64,000 bases of DNA from Thermodesulfobacteriota bacterium (GTDB lineage Bacteria > Desulfobacterota_D > UBA1144 > Nemesobacterales > UBA2774). Made by a program: the position numbers and the translations under genes. The stretch is from NCBI GenBank assembly GCA_041390285.1, contig JAWKQD010000003.1, positions 91,019 through 155,018 on the forward strand, in the 5' to 3' direction. The notes below the pieces were generated by a model. The model worked only from the letters and a program-made list of their open reading frames with translations. It had not been told where the DNA came from and searched no databases. Positions 21,199 through 31,736 of the stretch are shown piece after piece (within the stretch, counting starts at the first letter, position 1; each line of letters starts with the position of its first letter).

Positions 21199-22533
21199 CT
21201 ACTTCTCTATGGATTTGAAGATCGTCTCGGTGATCGCGTCGTAATCGGGCGGAAGCTCGACGGGCCTGTTCGCATACTTAGAGAAAACCCCTTCGAGCTG
21301 GCCCATGTGATAGCCGATCTTAAACTCGACGAACTTGAGCCCGTGCGCGGTAGATACAATAACGACACGGTCCGACTTTTTGAATACGCCTCTTTCCTTT
21401 AACTTAAGGAACGCAGCCAGCGCGACCCCCGTGTGGGGGCAGTTGAAGGTCCCGGTCTTGTCGACGAGTGCGGACGCGTCGGCAAGCTCCTGCTCGCTTG
21501 CCTGCTCGACTATGCCGTCGAACTCCTTAAGGGTCCTAATCGCCTTGTTTATGCTCACCGGGTTTCCGATCTGTATGGCGTTGGCGAGTGTCTTCTTCGC
21601 CTTTACCGGGTGGAATTCTTCGAAATTCTTCAGATAGCTCAGGTAAAGCGGGTTTGCGTGCTCCGCCTGTGCGCACACGAGGCGCGGCAGCTTGGTTATA
21701 AGCCCGAGCTCGCGCATCATTAAAAAGCCCTTTCCGAGCGCCGATATGTTCCCCAGGTTACCGCCCGGAATCACTATCCAGTCCGGGACCTCCCAGTCGA
21801 ACTGCTGGCAGAGCTCTATGCTTATCGTCTTCTGCCCCTCGATCCTGAGGGAGTTTATCGAATTTGCGAGATATATATTGTTCCGGGTGCAGACCTTCTG
21901 CACCATCTCCATGCACCCGTCAAAGTCCGTATCGAGCGACAGAACAAGCGCCCCGTTCGATATGGGCTGGACAAGCTGCGCGACGGACACCTTATCCTTG
22001 GGCAGGAACACTATCGCCGGTATCCCCGCCGAGGCGCAGTACGCGGCGAGCGCCGCCGACGTGTCCCCGGTCGAAGCGCAGGCAACTGCCGGTATACTCT
22101 TCCCGTCGGATACCATCTGCTTTACGACCGACACGAGCACGGTCATGCCGAGGTCCTTGAACGACCCCGTGTGGCTGTTTCCGCACATCTTGAGCCATAT
22201 ATCTTCCATGCCGATCTGGGATCCAAACCTCTCGGCCCAGAACAGGTTGGTCGCCCCTTCATACATAGAAACGACGTTTTCGTCCTCGACGTACGGGCAC
22301 ACCCACTCCTTCTTCCCCCAGACCGAGCTCCCGTGCGGCCACGACTGCTTTCTATAGCGGTTATCGAAAATCTCCCTCCACTCGTCGGCCGACTTTTCCT
22401 TCAGCTTTTCCATGTCGTGCCGGACTTCGAGGAGGTTTCCGCACTTCCTGCATCGGTAAATTATCTCGTCAAGAGAATAGGTTTCGCCGCATTCGTCGTC
22501 TATACAGGCAAACCACGCCCTATATTCACTCAT
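21199..22533 (-). CDS. thrC: Threonine synthase (long form with an N-terminal zinc-ribbon)
   Basis: Intact [40 protein letters not shown], then the PLP-lysine motif [13 protein letters not shown]. The start is taken at the ATG at 22533; the longer TTG start at 22569 coincides with the -35 box. Confidence 0.9.
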   Translation of the reverse strand: MSEYRAWFACIDDECGETYSLDEIIYRCRKCGNLLEVRHDMEKLKEKSADEWREIFDNRYRKQSWPHGSSVWGKKEWVCPYVEDENVVSMYEGATNLFWAERFGSQIGMEDIWLKMCGNSHTGSFKDLGMTVLVSVVKQMVSDGKSIPAVACASTGDTSAALAAYCASAGIPAIVFLPKDKVSVAQLVQPISNGALVLSLDTDFDGCMEMVQKVCTRNNIYLANSINSLRIEGQKTISIELCQQFDWEVPDWIVIPGGNLGNISALGKGFLMMRELGLITKLPRLVCAQAEHANPLYLSYLKNFEEFHPVKAKKTLANAIQIGNPVSINKAIRTLKEFDGIVEQASEQELADASALVDKTGTFNCPHTGVALAAFLKLKERGVFKKSDRVVIVSTAHGLKFVEFKIGYHMGQLEGVFSKYANRPVELPPDYDAITETIFKSIEK

Positions 22534-22540
22534 GGCTAAC

Positions 22541-22569
22541 AAAATACCCCTTCGGTTTTTGACTGTCAA
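22541..22569 (-). promoter_or_regulatory. Sigma70-like promoter abutting the thrC start codon (leaderless-type layout)
   Basis: The minus strand reads TTGACA-17 nt-TATTTT-gttagcc-ATG, with no Shine-Dalgarno. Confidence 0.4.
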
Positions 22570-22744
22570 ACAAGGAGCTTTAGGGGGTAGGGATTCCCTT
22601 TCGTTCCGATTTTTTCCACTCTTATTAATAAAGGTACTGGAAATTTATTTAAAAGTGTTGTACTGTGTTTTTATTAAAGAAACGCTTTAAGGCTTGTATT
22701 CTAAGTCTCTGGTTTGTCGGAATTTATCGGTTTAGGGTGCGTTG

Positions 22745-22773
22745 TTGACAGCCGGAGGGCGTTTTGGTAACCT
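22745..22773 (+). promoter_or_regulatory. Sigma70-like promoter abutting the acyP start codon
   Basis: TTGACA-17 nt-TAACCT-gagccttat-ATG(22783), with no Shine-Dalgarno. Confidence 0.35.
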
Positions 22774-22782
22774 GAGCCTTAT

Positions 22783-23058
22783 ATGTTGCTTACAAGAGCG
22801 CACCTCATCGTCAAAGGCAGGGTTCAGGGTGTTTTCTACAGGGCTTCTGCCAGGCGCAAGGCCGAGGAGCTCAGGCTGGCCGGGTGGGTGAGGAACAACC
22901 CGGACGGCACGGTAGAGGCAGTGGTGGAGGGCAATATAGACATGGTTGAGAAATTCGTAAACTGGTGCCACGAAGGGCCTCCGAACGCGAGGGTGGCCGC
23001 CGTCGATGTAACGAGGTCGGGGGCTACGGGCGAGTTTACGCATTTCATAATAGACTGA
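22783..23058 (+). CDS. acyP: Acylphosphatase
   Basis: 91 aa. AHLIVKGRVQGVFYRASARRKAEELRLAGWVRNNPDGTVEAVVEG is the canonical acylphosphatase signature. Confidence 0.9.
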   Translation: MLLTRAHLIVKGRVQGVFYRASARRKAEELRLAGWVRNNPDGTVEAVVEGNIDMVEKFVNWCHEGPPNARVAAVDVTRSGATGEFTHFIID

Positions 23059-23079
23059 CTTTCGGAGAAGATTAAGCGA

Positions 23080-23724
23080 ATGATTCTTAGATGTATACCG
23101 GGCGGTATTTTTCTTACGAACTGCTACATACTGGGCGACGAAAAGACGAACGAAGGAATACTCATAGACCCGGGCGAGCAGATCGGCGACATACTCCGCG
23201 AGGTCGAAAAATCTGGCCTCAACATAACCAAGATAGTAAACACCCACACTCATATTGACCACGTTGCCGGCGCCGAAGTAGCCAAGAAAGCGCTTGGGGT
23301 CGGCTTTTATATACACCCCGAGGAAGTGCCGGTCCTCGAGGCGCTCCCCGAGGCGGCAATGCGGTTCCCGCAATTCGGCGACGTCGAGGTGCCTGAGGTA
23401 GAGGGCTTCGTCGAGGAGGGCGACGAGGTCGAAATAGGCGGCCTCCGTGCGAAAGTCCTCCACACGCCGGGGCACACATGGGGCAGCATATGCCTCGTCA
23501 TTGACGACGTGGTGATCTCGGGCGATACGCTCTTTGCCGGCAGCGTCGGCAGGGTCGATCTCACCGGCGGCACATCCATGGCCGAGCTCGTCGGGTCGAT
23601 AAAGGCCAAGCTCATGCCGCTCCCGGATTCCTACAAGGTCTACCCCGGTCACGGCCCGTCTACTACTATAGAAATAGAAAGAAAATCCAATCCCTTCATA
23701 ACGGGAGGATTCAGTCTCTTCTAA
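23080..23724 (+). CDS. MBL-fold metallo-hydrolase (hydroxyacylglutathione hydrolase-like)
   Basis: 214 aa. NTHTHIDHVAG (HxHxDH), HTPGHTWGS, GDTLFAGSVGR. Confidence 0.85.
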   Translation: MILRCIPGGIFLTNCYILGDEKTNEGILIDPGEQIGDILREVEKSGLNITKIVNTHTHIDHVAGAEVAKKALGVGFYIHPEEVPVLEALPEAAMRFPQFGDVEVPEVEGFVEEGDEVEIGGLRAKVLHTPGHTWGSICLVIDDVVISGDTLFAGSVGRVDLTGGTSMAELVGSIKAKLMPLPDSYKVYPGHGPSTTIEIERKSNPFITGGFSLF

Positions 23725-23726
23725 CA

Positions 23727-23995
23727 ATGGAAAAGCTTGCATTCAGGGTAATTATAGTTTTGGCCGCAGTCTCCTTCGTGGTTTACCTCTTCGCTAGGGA
23801 GGTCTCCCACGTTTACGCGCTTCATCAGGAAAACGAAAGGGTAAAGATGCAGGGGAGGATCTGGAGCAGGCCAACGCGGAGCTCATGAAGAAAATAGATC
23901 TCATAAAAACCGACAAGGCTTACATGGAAAAAATAATACGGGACGAGCTGGGGATGATAAAGACCGGTGAAAAAATCTATCGATTTAAAGAATAA
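23727..23995 (+). CDS. ftsB: Septum formation initiator (FtsB/DivIC family) with one apparent frameshift near 23850
   Basis: MEKLAFRVIIVLAAVSFVVYLFAREVSHVYALHQENERVK, then in the next frame DLEQANAELMKKIDLIKTDKAYMEKIIRDELGMIKTGEKIYRFKE*. The span is 269 nt. Not in the ORF track. Confidence 0.6.
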
Positions 23996-26102
23996 GATAA
24001 CGTACTCGAACTACCTTCTCGGCAAGGTGTTCACAGTACTCCTCTCGGTGCTGATTGTCGTGCTTCTTCTGAAGGACAGTCTTCAGTCACTGAACGCATT
24101 CTCCGTTCTTGCATTCCTTCTTCTGATCCCCGCCGCGGCCTACAAAACCGTAAATCTCATAAACTCCGGCCGGAGCGATATACCGGTCCTCGACCGTCTC
24201 GAATTCGCGCTTCTCTATACCCTCGTTTTCGAAGTCCTTCTCGAGGTATTCGGCAACGCCTTTTTCCCGCTTTCCTATATCATGGTGCCCCTCGTCATCC
24301 TCTATTTCGGATGGGAGGCGGGCCTCCTGTCCTTTTTCGCGGTGGCCATGCTCCAGGCGGTGCAGCGCCCGAGCCCGTCGCTTCCTGCAGAGCTTCTTTT
24401 GCTGCTCGCCTCGGCGGCGGTATTCGGATTTCTTCTCAAGGGAGGCGGCGAGCGCTTCACAGCGGGATTTCTCAGGAAAAACAAAAACGATAATCTCGTC
24501 CTTCCGGGCGCTATCTCCGGCTCTGCGTCCAGGGACTCCGACGACGATTCCCTCGGCATGGTAGAGCTCAAGAACGAGATAGCGAATTCGCTCAGGATCC
24601 TCGGCGAGCTCGTGCCCGGTCACAGCATAATTCTCTATCTTAAAATGGATGACGGGCTCTTCGGCATCGCCGACTTCGTCTCCAAAAGCGGGGACCACGT
24701 CGATAGCGGGCAGAAGCTCAACTTCCGGGGCGGCTACCTCGGCTGGGTGTTCAAGACGAAAACCCAGGTCCATATAACTAGCATAAAGAACGTCAGGAGA
24801 AATCTCCTCTACTATAACCAGAACGTTCCCATAAAATCGCTTCTCGCGACGCCTCTTCTCCTCAAATCCGGGAAGGGCGCCGAGGAATCCGGCAAGGAAG
24901 TCTTCGGCATCCTCATAATCGACAGCCTCCATCAGGACACTTTCGGCGACAAGGAGAAGATGATCGTCTCCCTAGTTTCCGACAGGATCGTCGAGATGAT
25001 AGACAGGTTCCAGCTCTCCGAAAAGGTCTACCTCAGTTCCCAGGAGCTGAATTCCTTCTACGATTTCGCCCAGAGGCTGAGCTCCACGAGCGACATCGAA
25101 GTCATACTCGACCACGTCGTCGATACGTTCGGGAGGATATACGAATCCGATTTCATAGGCATTTCCCTGGTCGAAAAAGATAACGGTATAAGCCACCTCA
25201 AAAGAACGAGCGACGGCATGAAGGAGCACCTTGAAGACCTCGACATAACGCACGGCGACACGCTGGTCGGACTCGTTGCCGGCACGGGCGGCGCGTTTCA
25301 CTTCGAAGACCTTTCGTCCAGATCACGCTACAGGAGCGTCTTCGGGAAAGAGATAGACTTCGGCCTCGGTATAAAGAATTTAAAGTCCGTTCTCATATGT
25401 CCCTTCCACGAGATAGCGCAGGGTGCGGACGACGACGAGAGGGCGGTCCTCGGGTGCGTCATAATCGGGCGCAAGTCCAAAAGCCCGTTTAACGAAGGCG
25501 AAATAAGCCTCGCGAAAATCATATGCAACGAATCGGCGAAATCCATGACGGCGTCCCTTAATTTCCAGAAGGTAAAGGAGCTCGCCATAAGGGACGGCCT
25601 TACGGGGCTCTACAACCACAGGCATTTCCAGGAGATGCTCTCCTACACGATCTCCCATTCCGAGAGATACTCGTCGCGGTCCTCGCTTCTCCTGATAGAC
25701 CTCGACAACCTGAAGACTATAAACGACTCCTTCGGTCACCAGGCGGGCGACAGGGTGCTGACAACTGTCGGCGACGTTCTGTCGAGCTCGCTCCGCAAGG
25801 TCGATATCCCGGCGAGGTACGGCGGGGATGAATTCGCCGTCATACTTCCCGACACCGACAAGGACGGTGCGCTTGCGGTGGCAGAGAAAATCCGCGCAAA
25901 CCTTTTCAGGGTTCCGCTTAAATCGGACGACACGGAGATTGAAATTTCCCTCAGCATAGGCATCTCCACGTACCCGATCTCCGCATCCGACAAGGATTCC
26001 CTGATCTCCAAGGCCGACCGCGCCCTTTACGAATCCAAGAACCACGGTAAGAATAAGGTCACTCATTTCGAGGACGTTCCCCTGAAAGAACTCGGGAGCT
26101 GA
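23967..26102 (+). CDS. Membrane-bound diguanylate cyclase (multi-TM N-terminus, GAF-like middle, GGDEF C-terminus)
   Basis: Intact 711-aa ORF. Hydrophobic N-terminal ~160 aa. C-terminus RDGLTGLYNHRHF...LLLIDLDNLKTINDSFGHQAGDRVL...ARYGGDEFAVILPDTD. The start codon (GTG at 23967) is uncertain. Confidence 0.85.
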   Translation: MKKSIDLKNKITYSNYLLGKVFTVLLSVLIVVLLLKDSLQSLNAFSVLAFLLLIPAAAYKTVNLINSGRSDIPVLDRLEFALLYTLVFEVLLEVFGNAFFPLSYIMVPLVILYFGWEAGLLSFFAVAMLQAVQRPSPSLPAELLLLLASAAVFGFLLKGGGERFTAGFLRKNKNDNLVLPGAISGSASRDSDDDSLGMVELKNEIANSLRILGELVPGHSIILYLKMDDGLFGIADFVSKSGDHVDSGQKLNFRGGYLGWVFKTKTQVHITSIKNVRRNLLYYNQNVPIKSLLATPLLLKSGKGAEESGKEVFGILIIDSLHQDTFGDKEKMIVSLVSDRIVEMIDRFQLSEKVYLSSQELNSFYDFAQRLSSTSDIEVILDHVVDTFGRIYESDFIGISLVEKDNGISHLKRTSDGMKEHLEDLDITHGDTLVGLVAGTGGAFHFEDLSSRSRYRSVFGKEIDFGLGIKNLKSVLICPFHEIAQGADDDERAVLGCVIIGRKSKSPFNEGEISLAKIICNESAKSMTASLNFQKVKELAIRDGLTGLYNHRHFQEMLSYTISHSERYSSRSSLLLIDLDNLKTINDSFGHQAGDRVLTTVGDVLSSSLRKVDIPARYGGDEFAVILPDTDKDGALAVAEKIRANLFRVPLKSDDTEIEISLSIGISTYPISASDKDSLISKADRALYESKNHGKNKVTHFEDVPLKELGS

Positions 26103-26189
26103 GCGGCGGGCGGTACGCGCGTGCTTTCATATCAAGACGCTCCGGCCCGCTGATTCCGGTAGCGTCCCCGCGTTATCCCTGACTGAAAA

Positions 26190-27043
26190 ATGACTGAAGA
26201 AAACGGAAGCGAATTTAAACCCCGGGACTATTTTTCGGCCGAAAACGCCCGGCCCAGTAAAAGCCTTGGGCAGAATTTCATCACCGACAAAAGGGTCATC
26301 GAGCGCATAGTGTCCGAGGCCGGCATAACGCCCGACGACGAGGTGCTCGAAATAGGCCCGGGCCTCGGCGCGCTCACGTTCGCGCTCGCCCGGAAGGCCG
26401 CCCGCGTCGTGGCCGTCGAAAAGGACGCACGGCTCGCAGAAAGGCTCCGGGGGCTTCTCCCGAAATGGCCCAACGTCGAGCTCATTTGCGGCGACGCGCT
26501 CGACGTAGACTTCGGTGACCTCTACAAAGGCCGTAGGCTAAAGGTCGCGGCGAACCTGCCCTACAGCGTTTCCTCGCCTATTCTCGTAAGGCTTCTCCGC
26601 TCGCGGGCGCTCTTCTCGACGCTCGTCCTCATGCTCCAGCTCGAAGTCGGCGAAAGGATATCCTCCCCGCCCGGCGGAAAAGAATACGGCTCCCTCTCTG
26701 TACTCATTCAAACATACTTCGACGTGAAGCTCCTCTTCCACGTGCATCCCTCGTCTTTCTGGCCAGCACCGAAGGTCGATTCAGTGGTCTTGAAGCTCAC
26801 CCCTCTTCCCGAGCCCCGCGTCCCGATAGCCGACGAAGCAGTGTATGAAAGGATACTCCGGGCGGCCTTTTCTTCCCGGCGGAAGATGCTCGGGAACTCC
26901 TCGGCTCCGCACTCAAAAGGGCGCTGCCGACAGGGTCCTCGCCGCGGCCGGCATCGACAGGACCCAGCCGCGCTGAAACCCTCACTGTCGAGGAATTCGG
27001 CGCCATCTACAGCGAAGCCGTAAAGTCCGGCGAAATCACATAA
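26190..27043 (+). CDS. rsmA: 16S rRNA (adenine1518/1519-N6)-dimethyltransferase with an apparent frameshift near 26890
   Basis: QNFITDKRVIERIVSEAGITPDDEVLEIGPGLGALTFAL...ANLPYSVSSPIL. After RRKML the conserved tail (...AETLTVEEFGAIYSEAVKSGEIT*) is in another frame and ends at 27043. Confidence 0.85.
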
Positions 27044-27054
27044 CTTCGGATGCC

Positions 27055-27079
27055 GCGGGTCTCCCCGCATTCTTCTTTC
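27055..27079 (+). terminator. Possible intrinsic terminator after rsmA
   Basis: GCGGG-TCTC-CCCGC stem-loop followed by ATTCTTCTTTC. The stem is short (5 bp). Confidence 0.35.
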
Positions 27080-27212
27080 GGTATACGGTAACGGCAATAA
27101 GATAAAGTGGAGTAACGGCACCGTCCGGACGCGGCTATCTTCGGGATAGTATCCGCTGTCGGCGCCGCTCGAATAATCTGCGGTGAGTGTAGCTTAAATC
27201 CGGCGGGGCATT

Positions 27213-27722
27213 CTATTCGGTAGGCGCGGTGTCCGACGCAACGACCATAAGCACGGTGCCGGCCTCTATTGCGTCCCCTTCCTTGGCCATTACGTTCCTC
27301 ACCTTCCCGGCTAGGGGCGACTTGAGCTCGCTCTCCATCTTCATGGCCTCAATCACGATGACGCCCTCGTCCTTCGTAACCTCGTCCCCCTCGCTCTTCA
27401 GCACCTTCACAACCCTGCTCGGCATCGGGGCCTTTATCTCCTGCACGCCCGAGGCTGCGAGCGAAGACTTTCGCTGCTCCCTTTCGGAAATGGACTCCAG
27501 ATCATAGAGGTCGCCGTCGAGGAACACCTGTATCTTCTTTCCCTTCTTGAATACCCCGAGCGTTATGGACTGTCCGTCCAAAATGATGGAATAAAGATTG
27601 TCCTCGATCTTACGGTAATCGACCGGCAGCTTCTCGCCCTCTATTTCGAGCTCTATCTGGCCGTCGTTCTCTTCGAATGTAACCTTGAATATCTGATCGT
27701 TCAGCTTAAAGGTGTATGTCAT
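27213..27722 (-). CDS. Biotin carboxyl carrier protein subunit of an acyl-CoA carboxylase (biotinyl/lipoyl domain)
   Basis: 169 aa. C-terminal VIVIEAMKMESELKSPLAGKV biotinylation motif (AMKM). The start overlaps the upstream biotin carboxylase stop (ATGA-type coupling). Confidence 0.85.
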   Translation of the reverse strand: MTYTFKLNDQIFKVTFEENDGQIELEIEGEKLPVDYRKIEDNLYSIILDGQSITLGVFKKGKKIQVFLDGDLYDLESISEREQRKSSLAASGVQEIKAPMPSRVVKVLKSEGDEVTKDEGVIVIEAMKMESELKSPLAGKVRNVMAKEGDAIEAGTVLMVVASDTAPTE

Positions 27723-29215
27723 GCGAGCGGGCTCCTCGTAACACCGACTCTCCTTGCGAAGAGCTTCCAGTTCGATGCGGCGGCTGCCTGCGACTGCGGG
27801 CCGCTCACGGTGGAATTTTCCATGGCTATGGCCGCGGCTATAAGCGCGGGCTTAATGTCACGCTCCCCGGGGTTTATGAGCTCCGGATGCCTTTCGATAT
27901 AGCCGGTGTCTATCTTGCACTGCCTGAATTCCTCGTCGGCCATGACGCGCCTCAGGAACCCTATATTCGTCTTCACGCCGAGCACAATGTAATCCTTAAG
28001 CGCCGCCGCCATCCTGTCTATCGCCGCTTCCCTCGTATCCGCCCACACTATCAGCTTCGACAGCATGGGGTCGTAAAACGAAGTGATCTCGCATCCGTTG
28101 TATATCGCTGAATCGTCCCTAATGCCAGGGCCGGAAGGCGTGCTCAGGTACTCTATGGTCCCCGGGGACGGCATGAAGTTCGTCGCCGGGTCCTCGGCAT
28201 ACACCCTGCACTCGACGGCGTGCCCATTCATCTCTATATCGCCCTGCTTGAACGGGAGCTTCTCGCCGGCGGCGATCCTTATCATCCACTTCACTATGTC
28301 GAATCCCGTGATCATCTCCGTCACGGGGTGCTCGACCTGAACCCTGGTGTTCATTTCGAGGAAATAAAAATTCTGCTTCTGGTCCATTATGAATTCGATG
28401 GTGCCCGCGCCCTTGTACTTTACAGCCTTGGCGATTCTTATTGCGACGTCGCCCATCTTCTTTCTCGTCTTCGCGCTGATAAAGCCCGACGGGGCTTCCT
28501 CGATAACCTTCTGGTGCCGCCTCTGTATCGAGCACTCGCGCTCGAATAGATGCAGCACGTTGCCGTGAGAATCCGCAATGAGCTGTATCTCTATGTGTCT
28601 CGGCTGCTCGACGAATCTCTCGACGTACACCGAATCGTCGCCGAACGCCGACCTCGCCTCGCTGCGGGCCATGCGGAGCGCGCTTTCGAAGTCCTCTTTC
28701 GTCCTCACGAGCCTCATTCCCTTTCCGCCGCCGCCCGCGGACGCCTTTATCATGAGCGGGTATCCGATTTCGCCCGCCACGACCGAAGCCTCGACGTCGC
28801 TCACCGCCCCCTCCGAGCCCGGCACGAGCGGCACCTTGGCGTCGTATGCGATCTTCCTCGCCGTGATCTTGTCCCCCATCAGCCTGATGGCCTCGGGCGA
28901 CGGCCCGATGAAGACTATCCCCGCCTTTTCGCACATCTCGGCGAACTCGGCGTTCTCGGATAGAAACCCGAACCCCGGATGAATGGCCTCGGCGCCTGAC
29001 TTCCGCGCTACGTCTATGATGTTTTCTTTCTTGAGATAGCTTTCGCCCGGCGCGGATCCGCCGATGTGATAGGCCTCGTCGGCCAGGGCAACGTGGAGAG
29101 AGCGTCTGTCGGCGTCGGAATAAACGGCCACGGTGCTCGCTCCGAGCTCCCTGCAGGCCCTTATGATCCTTACCGCAATTTCTCCCCTGTTCGCAATCAG
29201 AATCTTTTTGAACAT
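27719..29215 (-). CDS. accC: Biotin carboxylase subunit (acetyl/propionyl-CoA carboxylase alpha, without a fused BCCP)
   Basis: Intact 498 aa. MFKKILIANRGEIAVRIIRACRELG...GYPLMIKASAGGGGKGMRLV...ECSIQRRHQKVIEEAP...NTRVQVEHPVTE. Confidence 0.9.
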   Translation of the reverse strand: MFKKILIANRGEIAVRIIRACRELGASTVAVYSDADRRSLHVALADEAYHIGGSAPGESYLKKENIIDVARKSGAEAIHPGFGFLSENAEFAEMCEKAGIVFIGPSPEAIRLMGDKITARKIAYDAKVPLVPGSEGAVSDVEASVVAGEIGYPLMIKASAGGGGKGMRLVRTKEDFESALRMARSEARSAFGDDSVYVERFVEQPRHIEIQLIADSHGNVLHLFERECSIQRRHQKVIEEAPSGFISAKTRKKMGDVAIRIAKAVKYKGAGTIEFIMDQKQNFYFLEMNTRVQVEHPVTEMITGFDIVKWMIRIAAGEKLPFKQGDIEMNGHAVECRVYAEDPATNFMPSPGTIEYLSTPSGPGIRDDSAIYNGCEITSFYDPMLSKLIVWADTREAAIDRMAAALKDYIVLGVKTNIGFLRRVMADEEFRQCKIDTGYIERHPELINPGERDIKPALIAAAIAMENSTVSGPQSQAAAASNWKLFARRVGVTRSPLA

Positions 29216-29231
29216 GAAGCGTCCTTTAATT

Positions 29232-30776
29232 TTAAAGTGGTATGTTCCCGTGTTTTTTCGGGGGATTCGTCTGCCTCTTGCCGTCGAGCATCTCGAAGGC
29301 GGATATAACGCGCGGCCTCGTGTCCTCGGGCCTGATCACCTCGTCGACGAATCCTAGGTCCGCGGCCCTATAGGGGTTTGCGAACCTCTTCTTGTAATCC
29401 TCGATCAGCTTGGCTCTTTCCGCCTCGGGGTCTTCGGCCTGGAGTATCTGCGCGCGGGATATGATGTTCACCGCGCCGTCCGAGCCCATGACCGCGATCT
29501 CAGCCGTCGGGTACGCCATTACGATGTCGCCCCTCACGTGCTTGGACGACATAACGTCGTACGCGCCGCCGTAGGCCTTTCTCGTTATGACGGTCACCCT
29601 CGGCACGGTGGCCTCGCTGTATGCGTAAAGAAGCTTCGCCCCGTGCTTTATGATCCCGCCCCACTCCTGCGAGGTTCCGGGGAGGAATCCGGGGACATCC
29701 TCGAACGTCAGTATCGGTATGTTAAAGCAGTCGCAGAACCTGACGAACCTTCCGGCCTTTACGGAGGCGTCTATGTCGAGGCATCCGGCCAGGACGTTCG
29801 GCTGGTTGCCGACTATTCCGATGACTCGCCCCGCGAGCCTCGCGAACCCGACTACTATATTCTGTGCGTAAAGCTCCTGCACCTCGAAAAAGTACCCGTT
29901 GTCCACAACGGCGGATATAACGTCCTTCACGTCATACGGCTTGTTCGGGTTTTCGGGAATTATTGCCCGGAGGGCCGTCGCCTTTCTGTCCGCCGGGTCG
30001 TCGGTTGCGCCCTTCGGCGGGTCTTCCATGTTGTTCGAGGGTAAGAAGCTTAAAAGTTCTTTTATTAGTGCTATGCATTCCTTGTCGTCTTCTGTCGCGA
30101 AGTGGGCGACGCCGCTTTTCGAGTTGTGCAGGTCGGCTCCGCCGAGCTCTTCGGAGTTGACCTCTTCGTGTGTTACGGCCTTTATAACGTCGGGCCCGGT
30201 GATGAACATATAGCTCGTGTTCCTCACCATTATCGTGAAGTCGGTTATGGCCGGCGAGTAAACCGCGCCTCCCGCGCACGGGCCCATGATGGCGGATATC
30301 TGCGGCACAACGCCCGATGCGAGCACATTCCTGCAGAATATCTCCCCGTAGCCGCCGAGGCTTTCGACGCCCTCCTGAATCCTGGCGCCGCCCGAATCGT
30401 TAAGCCCGATTATCGGAGCGCCTACCTGCATTGCGAGGTCCATGACCTTGCATATCTTCTTCCCGTGCACCATACCTAGCGAGCCGCCGAATACAGTAAA
30501 GTCCTGCGCGTAGACGAATACCTGTCTTCCTTCGACCTTTCCGTACCCCGTGACGACGCCGTCGCCGAGGAACTTCTTGCTGTCCATGCCAAAGTCAGCG
30601 CACCTGTGCACGACGAACTTGTCGAGCTCGACGAACGTGTTCTTGTCGAGGAGGAGATCTATCCTCTCCCTCGCCGTGAGCTTCCCGCTCTCGTGCTGTT
30701 TTTTTATTCTGGCTTCGCCCCCTCCTTCCTCGGCTTCTTTCTCTTTCTCTTCCAGAATTGCAATCTTTTCCTTCAT
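29232..30776 (-). CDS. pccB: Acyl-CoA carboxylase carboxyltransferase subunit (propionyl-CoA carboxylase beta / methylmalonyl-CoA carboxyltransferase family)
   Basis: Intact ORF. GAAGGAG sits before the [12 protein letters not shown] start. [14 protein letters not shown]...FGGSLG...[11 protein letters not shown]...[13 protein letters not shown]...[10 protein letters not shown]. Confidence 0.9.
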   Translation of the reverse strand: MKEKIAILEEKEKEAEEGGGEARIKKQHESGKLTARERIDLLLDKNTFVELDKFVVHRCADFGMDSKKFLGDGVVTGYGKVEGRQVFVYAQDFTVFGGSLGMVHGKKICKVMDLAMQVGAPIIGLNDSGGARIQEGVESLGGYGEIFCRNVLASGVVPQISAIMGPCAGGAVYSPAITDFTIMVRNTSYMFITGPDVIKAVTHEEVNSEELGGADLHNSKSGVAHFATEDDKECIALIKELLSFLPSNNMEDPPKGATDDPADRKATALRAIIPENPNKPYDVKDVISAVVDNGYFFEVQELYAQNIVVGFARLAGRVIGIVGNQPNVLAGCLDIDASVKAGRFVRFCDCFNIPILTFEDVPGFLPGTSQEWGGIIKHGAKLLYAYSEATVPRVTVITRKAYGGAYDVMSSKHVRGDIVMAYPTAEIAVMGSDGAVNIISRAQILQAEDPEAERAKLIEDYKKRFANPYRAADLGFVDEVIRPEDTRPRVISAFEMLDGKRQTNPPKKHGNIPL

Positions 30777-30985
30777 TATCGGCTCCTTCGAAGGTTCTTG
30801 GGAATCCAAAAAAATACTATGTAAATAGTTATTATGCAAGTTGGGTACGGGGCGGCGGGGCGGGTTTAAATGCGATATTCACCCCGCGCTAGCATGCACC
30901 TGCATCAGGGCGGGCAAAGGGCAAGAACTGTCGTAATATATATAGAAGGGATGTAGTGCTTTGGGGTACGATATCGGAATACTCT

Positions 30986-31591
30986 CTATCGTTCCTCCCG
31001 GATTATCTCCTCCCAGAGCCTTTTTACCTCTGCCTCGGTTTCCTCTTCCGTGCCTGAATTATCTATAAGGTAATCCGCGTGGAGCGCCTTCTCTCCTGCA
31101 GGCATCTGCGAGCCTATTCTCGCGAGCGCCTCCTCCCGAGTATGCCCGCTTCTCTTCACGAGCCTCTCTATTTGCGCCTCCTCGTCTGCCGTCACCACTA
31201 TAAGCCCGTCGAGGAATTCCCTGAGCCCGCCTTTTTCGACTATAAGCGCCGCCTCTATGACGACGACGGGCGCATTCTCCTCTTTGAATTCCGCGAGCCG
31301 CTCCCGGACGGCCTCTTTTATCCTCGGATGCGTTATGTCCATAAGCAGCCTTCTCTTGCTCTCGTCCCCGAAAACGATCTCCCCGAGCCGCCGCCTGTCT
31401 ATCGCGCCGTCCGGGCTCAGAATTCCGGGCCCGAACTTTTTCACAATATCCACCCACGCAGGCTTTTCGGGCTCGACGACCTCCCGCGCTATCTGGTCGG
31501 CGTCGATTATCCGGGCTCCCATCCCCTCCAGCATGCGCGCCACGGTGCTCTTTCCGGACGCTATGTTTCCCGTAAGTCCTAAAACCTTCAT
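30986..31591 (-). CDS. coaE: Dephospho-CoA kinase
   Basis: MKVLGLTGNIASGKSTVARML (P-loop), DADQIAREV; family-typical length of about 200 aa. Confidence 0.85.
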   Translation of the reverse strand: MKVLGLTGNIASGKSTVARMLEGMGARIIDADQIAREVVEPEKPAWVDIVKKFGPGILSPDGAIDRRRLGEIVFGDESKRRLLMDITHPRIKEAVRERLAEFKEENAPVVVIEAALIVEKGGLREFLDGLIVVTADEEAQIERLVKRSGHTREEALARIGSQMPAGEKALHADYLIDNSGTEEETEAEVKRLWEEIIREER

Positions 31592-31736
31592 GGCCGGTAT
31601 TTTAATTCCCCGGAGGGCGACTTTCAAACCCGCTCACGGGCCTTTTCGCCGAGCCTCCCGCCGGGGTCTTGATAAAATCACCTATAAGGTATAATTAACT
31701 CAGACTTCGCAGTTGCGAATAAAAAAGGAGGGCGAT

